DNA of 62,047 nt, the filler included, from Nemertoderma westbladi (Eukaryota > Animalia > Xenacoelomorpha), in the NCBI GenBank assembly GCA_032718475.1. It is 4 parts of 4 records of this genome, joined end to end, with 100 filler letters (N's around TTAATTAATTAA, not from the genome) between each part and the next. Parts side by side here need not be neighbours in the genome. Positions count along the whole stretch, not along the records: positions 45,729 to 53,743 come from JAUCBJ010000523.1; positions 53,844 to 62,047 come from JAUCBJ010002027.1; 2 more parts are not named here. One strand, given 5' to 3'. The number at the start of each line of letters is the position of its first letter. The first letter of the stretch is position 1. A model generated the notes under the pieces. It did not search any database and was not told the origin of the DNA. It saw only the letters and a program-made list of their open reading frames with translations. Below, one piece after another: positions 52,793-62,047 of the stretch. Position numbers and translations under genes: made by a program.

Positions 52793-53116
52793 GGGCCATA
52801 AACGCTGTTTTGGTGGAGGTGGTGGGTGGTTGATGGATGGATGGATGGAAACTATATTAATACATAAATTATTCTTATAACAATTATTAATAATACGAAG
52901 TTCTATATTATTAAGAAATATTCCATAATATATTGTATCTTGATAAATAAATATTTAAAATGTGGTTTGAAAAGTAAGAAATCAATAAAGGTATCTTTTT
53001 AGATTTGTCTTCAATTTAACTTCAACTTCCTAAGGTTCACCCTCTTATGTCTCTTCTATATTACCTCACGGGCAAAACCTAATTTGCTTTCAAATTTGAT
53101 ACCGATGACGTTCAAA

Positions 53117-53710
53117 TTACATATGATATGTTTTGTGAGTGAATTCCGTCTCACATACTTCATGAAGAAAATTAGAGCGTAATAAATTCGTTCTGGCAAT
53201 TTTTAATTCTTTCAAATTCAGGAATTTTTCTATAATATTTTGCAGATCTCCATATTTATTTAAATCATTGAGACCATTAATTTCAAGCTTTTCCAGGCAC
53301 TGCCCCATATTGTCGACTATATGTCGTACTATCTGATATCCCTTCGGTATTCTACTGAACCCATTACAAAGAATGAGAAACTGAGAAACAGGTGGTCTTC
53401 CTCTTATTAATCCAATCACATATGATAATGTATCTTTGGTCGTATTATTCAAATAAAAAGAGAACTGAACTCTTAGATTAGGTTTAATGTCCCACATACC
53501 ATCTTGATCATCAGCTAGAGGATTAACATCATCTATACCTTCTCCAGCAGGTAAGGTATCTTCATCTAAAACCAGTTTCAAATTTTCCAAGAGAATACAA
53601 CTTGTTATTATCTTTTGCAATAAAGACTTGCTGAGGTAATCGTAATTGGTACCAAAGTAGGTCAGCATTTTAAATTCTCCTACTGTTTCCAAGCCAACTG
53701 GATAATTCAA
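53117..53710 (-). CDS. Possible host exon or gene fragment with LRR-like segments
   Basis: 197 open codons in AT-rich DNA; CLEKLEING and LNLKELKI fit LxxLxL. Confidence 0.35.
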   Translation of the reverse strand: MNYPVGLETVGEFKMLTYFGTNYDYLSKSLLQKIITSCILLENLKLVLDEDTLPAGEGIDDVNPLADDQDGMWDIKPNLRVQFSFYLNNTTKDTLSYVIGLIRGRPPVSQFLILCNGFSRIPKGYQIVRHIVDNMGQCLEKLEINGLNDLNKYGDLQNIIEKFLNLKELKIARTNLLRSNFLHEVCETEFTHKTYHM

Positions 53711-53743
53711 TCCTGTAAATGCTGATCTATTGAAAATGAATGG

Positions 53744-53843
53744 NNNNNNNNNNNNNNNNNNNNNNNNNNNNNNNNNNNNNNNNNNNNTTAATTAATTAAN
53801 NNNNNNNNNNNNNNNNNNNNNNNNNNNNNNNNNNNNNNNNNNN
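53744..53843. other. Assembly spacer
   Basis: N run with TTAATTAATTAA. Confidence 0.97.
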
Positions 53844-56070
53844 ACTGTGCACAGGCATTCTTATACCGAATTCACTGTGTACACCCCATCCATGGTCTAA
53901 ATTATGCCTACAAAGTCTTTGCTAAGACTTGTGAAATTATAATTTAAAGGACGCTGAAAAAATAAAAACAATATACAACATCTAATTAATAAAAACAATA
54001 TACAACATCTAATTAGACATTTTCCGACAATTTTTTTAAAAGTATATTTTACACATAATTTTTAGATAAATACAAACATATACATGTATACATACATACA
54101 TAGGCTTAATAATGAATTAAAAACTAAAATATGACCAATGCCGATTTTTTGTTTCCATTTCTATGTAGTTTTTATACACATCTAAAGTCAGAAGAGTCCT
54201 GTTTATATTTAAATATTATGTTTTTAACGTTTTATTATTATTAGGAGCATTTTCGAGTTTTCAAATACTAATAAATGTGAAGTTTGATTCTAAACTTCCA
54301 TGATATTTCTTGAAAACAGTTTGACGAATAATATTAATTTGGGAAATCAATTCACTTAATTTTTAGTATATACATGAATTATATATTAAGATTAAAGTTG
54401 AGCCTACATTTCACTAACTTCATAAAAAGTAAGCTGCAAGTGTTACAAACCAATTATATACTGTACCTTTGTAACACTTGATGTTTACAGTATTTGGTAT
54501 GGAGTTAGTGTCGTGCGTACTTATTACTACTACTGTATTATTTAATAATTTAATTACCGTTGCCTATTTTTTTACACAAGTCTACAGTACTAACTAACTA
54601 TGATAATGTACAACAAGTTTATAGACTATTATTATACAGTAAAATTGTTTATATATTTTCATATTTTTAAATTATACCGGTGTATATACTGTATATATTA
54701 AGTATGTACTGTAGTGTGATGAATGTTATTACTTTGTTTCTAACAATATACATACAGATCTCCTCTCAGTCGGTAAGCCTATCTCCTCTTCAAAAGAAAC
54801 CCCGATTTCTGAAAAGGTTGGACCCTTTAAAGATTTAAAGACGTTCGAACAACATACATTTTTTTATTTTAACATCTCATGACACCATCCATACTATACT
54901 GTTGTAATGGACGTTGCGTTAATTTATTACCGCTATACTTTTATTATGGTGTTATACGGTTTGGGAGAGATATTGTTAGGAATAAAGAATAGTCGACATG
55001 AATAAAAATTGACTCAGGGCTATTTTAGTTCTGTACATAATAATAGTTATTCATTTTCAAATTATATTTTTTTCGGTATTTGATATTATTTCTACATACA
55101 GTATAATTAAGGGATTTAATGCTGTTAAAATACAATTTTTTGTTTACCAATATATTAATGATTATTCTTTTACATTTCATGCTGTAATTTATTACTTTGG
55201 CACTCAAATATGTTAACAGCTGTATATAAAACGTCATGTGTGTGCGACGGTAATTATATTATAATTAATTTATATTACATTAAGTACAGTACATTTCGTA
55301 TACTCTAATTCTTAACATTAACTGTTTACCAGTGATAACTGTTAACGCATGATGCGTGGCGTTTATTAGAATAGATATGAGACATCAATAACTTATTGTA
55401 TATAATCGTTTATACAATATTACTACCATATTTATTTTTGTAAACAGTTAAATAATTTATTACAGTATATGTGGTAAATTGTATTTGTAATCGTAGTATA
55501 GTTTCATATTCTCTAGGAATGTGGTTTCTATCTCTTTCTATCTATCTTTTAAAACTTTTTGATTTCTATTGCATTGCTCTGAAAAATAAAAAAAAAATAT
55601 AAAATTGAAGTAATTTAGCGTTTTCTAACCGAAGTAATAAGGCGCTGTAGAGCTTTCTGATACCATAATAGACTGTATTGGAGTTTGAAGCTCCCTAATT
55701 AAAAACCCCAATACGCTTCCCAAGATATAAATTTACAATAGGAAAGTCATCCATAACAGGTTTCACTGCTAATATTATTCAGGGACAATATTATTTCACT
55801 GCGGACATTATTCAGATATGATATTATTGAGTAATGGGAATTGACCGCCTCCATCCTCCAAGTCGCAGTTAATTGATAGTCAGCCAATAAACCGCGAGGT
55901 TTATAGCAGCCAATAGATACCTCACTGGTATAATAACAGAGTGCAGTTGAGCTAATCAACTGCTATCGAATACGAATAGGGATGCAGCTAGAGGCAAAGA
56001 AGATGGAAGCTGGTAATAGTGTGTGGCGGTTGGTGTTTTGAAGGTGAATCATATTGTATTAGTGGCCATT

Positions 56071-58500
56071 ATGTTTGGATCACAACCACGTGCACGGTTA
56101 ACGTGGGCTCAGCGGGAACTCAAGAAACACCGCCCTTTGATCGAGACTGGAGATGCAGCTGAATTTATACCAGGCAGCTGTTCTTGTAGACCCCTGGATA
56201 GCACCTACTGTATCACAATGATATCAGCAATTCTCAAGCAGAAATAGATGATGGATTCTTTCCAGACATAATATATACAAAAAGTGACAACGCAATAATG
56301 GATGAACTGGCAGAACGGAGATCAAAACTAAGACCTAAAATATTCTTCCCCTTGATACAAGAGAGCCTAAAATATCTTGAAAATAAACAACATTTCTCAA
56401 CTTGCGTTATTGACAGTTTTTTCTCGTTATTTAAACGCCAAAGCGCCAATATAGCTTGTATTCAAGAGGCATTTTGCTATAAACTAAATCAGACTCATAT
56501 TGATACAGCAACAACTGCAAGATATATAACAAGCTATCATGATATTGCGGTTGTGCCAATGATATTTTTTAGTGAATGTCACCTTGGTGATAACCCGCGC
56601 CATAATCATTTTCTACTTCATGTAGCAAGAGCAACCTTGGCAGATAAGTCTGTAGTCACAATAGATGCTCTGAATTCAAGACCTGATACAACGATGCCAG
56701 CTCGTATTTGTCATATTCGTAATCTAATTGATAGTTCACAAAACAAATCAAATAAATTGTGGTCTTCGCAAGTTATCACTCGACCTTTTCCTGGCCAGAC
56801 TAATGACTTTGACTGTGGTCCATTAATATGCTTATATGCCCTTTCCCTATTACAGGGACATGACTCTATACGGCCTGAGCATACTAAAAGCCCGTTGATG
56901 AGAGGTTGGTTTAAACGATGTCTATATACTGACGTGAAAATTAACTTAGAATCACCCAATGCTAACCAATAATGTATAGCAAATAACAAGAAAGGGAGGA
57001 AAAGTTTAGACTCTAAAAAATCTTGTAAACAAAAGCAACAAGCAAATTATAGCAAAGAAAATTCCAACACCAACTATAAAGAAAGGCAACATAAGCGCAC
57101 TTCATCACTTCCTCACTTAAACAGTACAGCGAATTCCTCGACCTGTCATCATTGTATAGAAGTTATTCAAGCCGATCCCACGACTGATACACAGGGTTAT
57201 GATGAGCTAGAGAACCATTTTCAAGGTGTTTGTACAGCTGATGAATTTCTAAAAGCAGTGCTGGATACTAATATCATTCGTAATCCTAAAGATGACTATA
57301 TCAAGCAACTATCTACCCTTGGAATGGTAAAGCTCCAAGTCTATCAAAGGCAACTTTTCAATGAAGTTAGAACCTTCTTGGGTGAAATCACATGTACTAA
57401 GATTACTCTCATTCATCGTCGCTCCATCGTAGAATTAGCTACAGATGTGGCAGAGTTCTCTTTGGCATTTGAAGCAAAATCAGTGACTCCTAGCTTTAGT
57501 AAAAAGGGTAAATATTACGGCCCTTGACACATTCTGCGCATTAGAATTAATCGATAAGGTAACAGCAATGCAGGTGAACCTAAAAACTCTACAAGCACAG
57601 CATGATATTGTTCTCAATAGACTAATAAACCTTGAAGAAGTCACAAAAAGGATAACGTCAACGTCAACATCAACAAATAATGCCCAAAATTACTCAACTA
57701 ATAATATACCCCTAGAACACACGAGGAATTATTACACAATCCTCAGCATAAAAACAAGGGTACAAAAAGGATAACGTCAACATCAACAAATAATGCCCAA
57801 AATTACTCAACTAATAATATACCCCTAGAACACACGAGGAATTATTACACAATCCTCAGCATAAAAACAAGGGTCTGATAAAGGCAATAAAAGGGCAGTA
57901 AGGAAGAGAACTAAGGATTCCAAACCAGTTAATAGTAACATGCCACAAACACCTACAAATAGTGAATCTGAAATTAATATGACGCAAACAACACCAGCTT
58001 CACCTGTGTCATATGATGACTCCAGATTTCAAGCAACTGCTGATGCTGGGCCCAAAACTCAATCCAACTCTAATGATACTCCTCTACTCATTAAGGAAGC
58101 GTTAACCATATCACATGAGATTCCCAATTCACCTCTGATATCAGAGAGTTCTGATGACTTTATAACTGTGGAGGAGTCTGACTGCCATTTATCCACTCTT
58201 TCAGATATAGAAGATATAATCTCAACTCATAACCCGTCAGCATTGAATGATGCAATAGAATCTAACAATATTTGGAAGAAACCACGTAAAACAAGCTCAG
58301 TCATGACATGCCATAAGGACAAATGTTCTATATCCACTAATAATTACAGTCCTAATCCCAATAAGCATTAACTTGGTCATTTTGGCGACCAAAATGACCA
58401 AAACGGTCAAATAAAAACTGCGGCATTCATGAAAAGGACTCTTCAGGCACGTTGGCTTGTCAATCACAGCCAGTGAATAGAGGCTCAGTGTAAGTAAAGC
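56071..58500 (+). pseudogene. Decayed long ORF: Ulp1/C48-like cysteine protease plus LINE-ORF1-like region
   Basis: NHFLL...IDAL...GQTNDFDCG in 56298-56972; the same frame continues past one TAA to 57527; then coiled-coil and Ser/Thr-rich segments in shifted frames. Confidence 0.7.
57642..57875 (+). repeat. Tandem duplication of about 115 bp
   Basis: ACAAAAAGGATAACGTCAAC...AAAACAAGGGT occurs twice. Confidence 0.9.
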
Positions 58501-58530
58501 CCAGCATGTTGACACTTAGGTAGAGAGAAA

Positions 58531-58870
58531 GGGTGTTCGGACACTTCCCCCCCGGACACTTCCCCCCCGGACAGTTCCCCCCCGCTCAAGTAGGACACTT
58601 CCCCCCCGGACACTTCCCCCCAGACACTTCCCCCCGGACACTTCCCCCCCTCCTTCCTGTTCTTAACTTCGCACATTCGTATTTTTCATTTTGTAAGGTA
58701 AACGGACCGCTTGTATCCAGACAAGTTGTATCCAAATTTCCTTTCGTAGCTCAGAATGTGATCTTTTGCATCCCGATTTTACATTTTATATCCAAGTTTT
58801 ATTTATGGGTTTTATCATCGTATTGTTTGCTAATCTTTAAACAATTAAATAGTTTTTGTATTTCATCCTA
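58531..58870. mobile_element. Terminus of a non-autonomous DNA transposon with GGACACTTCCCCCCC subrepeats
   Basis: About 7 tandem 15-16-bp units at 58539-58652; separates the upstream ORF from the LINE ORF2. Confidence 0.55.
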
Positions 58871-58871
58871 A

Positions 58872-61800
58872 AATAGCACTGGTTTGTCACCGGATAAACG
58901 GGAATTTATAAACATGTTATTATTAGGGAGTGACATAGTCTGTTTGCAAGAACACTTTGTGCTAAGAGAGAATATTTATATAATAAAATCAGCTTTTAGC
59001 GACTATCAGTGCATAATACAGTGCAGGCAGGCCATCAGGTGGATTATGTTATATTTTTCGAAATAAATTATCTAAATACATTTCTAGAATAAATGTGAAG
59101 AATACGCGTTTACAAGCAATACGTTTACATTTACCAAATGATAAACCATTGGTTATTATCAATTCTTATTTTCCGTTTGACTCGCGTGATAATAATATCA
59201 GCGACGATTTACTTACGACAATAAACGATATTAAAGATATTATTTTGTCCGTTAATCAGTGCAATATTCTGCTCACAGGGGATTTTAATGCTGACTTCTG
59301 CCGCACTACGATGCACTGTAGTTTAATTAATCAAATGCTACAAGAATTTCAATTCGATCGCCTTTGGGATTCTTACCCAGTTGATTATACATACTGTATA
59401 CATGTTTTAGAGAGAATTCAGCATTTCATTCAACGTTGGATCATTTTTTCAGTAATTCACAATTTTGTGAAAATATTTTTGATTCAGGTGTAATTCATAC
59501 TGGTGTCAATTTGTCATTTCATTCCCCAATTTTTCTTAAGTTTAAAGTAAATGTTTCAAATGTGCAATGCGATAGCAATGATAATGATAATGGTAGTAAT
59601 ATATAGGTGAAGGTAATGTAAAATTTAAACGTTCCACTATTGATCAGCAACGTGAATTTATTAACCAATTAACTATCAGATTGAATTCATTAGCAGAACC
59701 GCTGCCTATGTGTACTCAGTGTAATAATATTTTTTGTAATGTTCCAGAACATTTGTTATCTACTGAGAAATATGCCTTAGATATATTGGAAGCTATTGAC
59801 CAGTGTAGCAGTAATATTTTACATCGTAGTAATGGAAGTAGGGGATCCCCCTTTAATCATCCTATTATCCCCGGGTGGTCTGAACGGGTGAAACCGTTCA
59901 GAGATGATGCTATGTTTTGGCATTCCTTGTGGGTCTCGGCGGGTTGCCCTAATGTATCACAAAATAGCCACTTATATCATATGCGAAGGGTCTCTCGCGC
60001 TCAGTATAAATATGCTGTTCGCCGGGTGAAACGCTCAGCTGATAATGTGCGAAGGGATAAATTAATTGAGGCCTGCTTGTTGAATAATACTGACATCTTT
60101 AAGGAAATAAGGAATCTCCGCTTCTCATCGAATAATGTTAGTTCATCGATCGATGGTTGTACAGACCCGCAATCTATCGCCGATCGATTTGCGGGAATCT
60201 ATTCATCTTTGTATAATCAGCCATACAATTCAGATTTAGAAGCATTGAAGGCACTAATTGATGCCAAGTTGGTAAATTGTACTCTGGACGATGTTCCTCG
60301 GGTTTCTCCGGATTTAGTTGCTGAGGGTCTCCACAGACTAAAAGGTTCCAAAACAGATGTGACTTTTGGCTTTGATTCTGACTGTCTAATCCATGGTCCT
60401 CCTGAACTTTGTTTTCATCTCAGTAATCTATTTAATTCCTTTTTGACTCACGGATTCGTTCCGCAATTTCTTTTGAATTGTGTTATCATTCCATTGATCA
60501 AGGATAAGTTGGGCGATGATACAGTATCCGGTAATTATAGGGCCATCGCTTTGTCGTCTCTCCTGATTAAATTGTTTGAATGGGTGATGCTACTCGCACA
60601 GGCTGATTCCGCTGATTGTTTAAAATTAGATGAGTTACAGTTAGGGTTTCAACGGGGATCTAGTACCACTCAGTGTACTTGGGCTGCAACTGAGGTAATT
60701 AGTTTCTATTCCAGAAATGCAACTCCAGTGTTTGGCTGTTTGCTTGATCTTTCTAAAGCATTTGATATGGTGGAATGGTGCAAGCTGTTCCTTGAACTCT
60801 TAAAGAAGGGGTTTTCTCCGTTTTACATCCGGTCTCTGTTATTTATCTACAATAATCAATCTTGTGTAGTGCGATGGAATAATACGCATTCTGAGTCTTT
60901 TACATTGTCCAATGGGGTACGCCAAGGGTCTGTTGCCTCGCCAATCTTATTCTGTATCTAACTTGATAAGCTGTTTAGGAAATTAAGAAATTCCAAAGTA
61001 GGTTGCTTCGTGGGGTCTGTATATTTTGGGGCGGTTGGTTATGCCGATGACCTATTTTTGCTATGTCCGTCCATCGTAGGCCTTCAGCATATGGTTAAAT
61101 TGTGCGAAGAGTTTGCATCGGAAAACAAGTTAATATTCAGCACGAATCCAAATCCGGACAAGTCCAAGTCAAAGTGTATAGCTTTCGGGCGGGTCTGGGT
61201 TAAAAGCCTTTAGCGACAATTAAGTTGAACGTTTCGCCTCTTCCATGGGTTAAGGAGGCCCTGCATCTCGTTAACCTTCTTGACTTTAAAAACTCAACGG
61301 AATCTGATATCGTGCGTAAACGAGGGCAGTTTATAGGCAAATTGAATGCCTTAAGGCAGGAACTATATTTTTCGGACCCGTTTGTGCTTTGCAATGTACA
61401 ACGTAGTTATTGCACTAGTTTCTACGGTAGTAACCTGTGGAACCTTTTTTCGTCAACATTTATAAGAATTTTTAGCACCTGGAATGTAAATGTTAGAATG
61501 AGTTTTGGATTACCATTTAATTCCCATCGATATATTGTTGAAAACCTAGTGCAGTTTAAACACCCGTGTATTATGCTTTACTCTCGCTTCGTTTCATTTT
61601 GTTTATCATTACGTAGGTCTAACAAAATGTGCATTCGTTTTCTTGCTAATATATGTTTAGTTGATTGTCGTACCCGGTCTGGGAGAAATTTACGAGAAAT
61701 AGGAAACATGTGTAACATATTTAATCTTGAATTGCTGACATCTCGTGCGGTATCTAATCTTGCTTATGTACCGTTACTGAACGCAGATAAGTGGCGAGTT

Positions 61801-62040
61801 AATTTTTGTAGGGTAATTATTTGGTGCCTAAACAACGGAGGTATTGTAGATGGCTTTACCCGCCAGGAATTGAGTAATATTTTAAATAGTGTTTCTTCAT
61901 CATAATTAATTACCTTCTTAGATCTGCAGTACTTAGACATATCATATTATTTTATAATAGTGCTTGTATTATTATCCTATTGTGCTTTGTGTACCCATCT
62001 GTATATTTGGTGTACGAAATTAAATTAAATTAAATAATTA
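58872..62040 (+). mobile_element. Decayed LINE ORF2, diverged relative of 26780-29852
   Basis: NSTGLSPDK, CLQEHF, TGDFNAD, NYRAIALSS, LDLSKAFD, GVRQGS, YADD; multiple frameshifts and stops; (AAATT)n tail. Confidence 0.93.
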
Positions 62041-62047
62041 GATGACC

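Noticed and set aside
56970-56974. TAATG stop-start overlap suggesting translational coupling
   Set aside because: The ATG frame closes after four codons, while the upstream frame stays open past the TAA.

Overview
Eukaryotic (probably invertebrate animal) repeat-rich DNA with no prokaryotic genes. It is four contigs joined by 100-bp N-TTAATTAATTAA-N spacers (26311-26410, 45629-45728, 53744-53843), so adjacency across these points is unverified. Almost all of it is nested transposable elements. Contig 1 holds a young non-autonomous BEL/Pao LTR element (gag-protease only, 2210-13827, TSD AATAA) inside the 3' LTR of a sister element, which abuts a Penelope element; hAT, CMC/EnSpm-like and MITE elements follow. 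Contig 2 holds a nearly intact two-ORF LINE, an LTR-like segment with a tRNA-like cassette, and a fully palindromic foldback element carrying a piggyBac MITE and an RTE LINE. Contig 3 holds BEL and RTE remnants and a frame-preserving minisatellite. Contig 4 holds a decayed long ORF with a Ulp1-like protease upstream of a LINE ORF2. The two strongest leads are (1) a non-tRNA primer-binding site in the BEL element, perfectly complementary to a conserved 12-mer in its own LTR (candidate self-priming), and (2) a Ulp1/C48-like protease fused to a LINE-ORF1-like protein. All calls are from reading the sequence; no searches were run.
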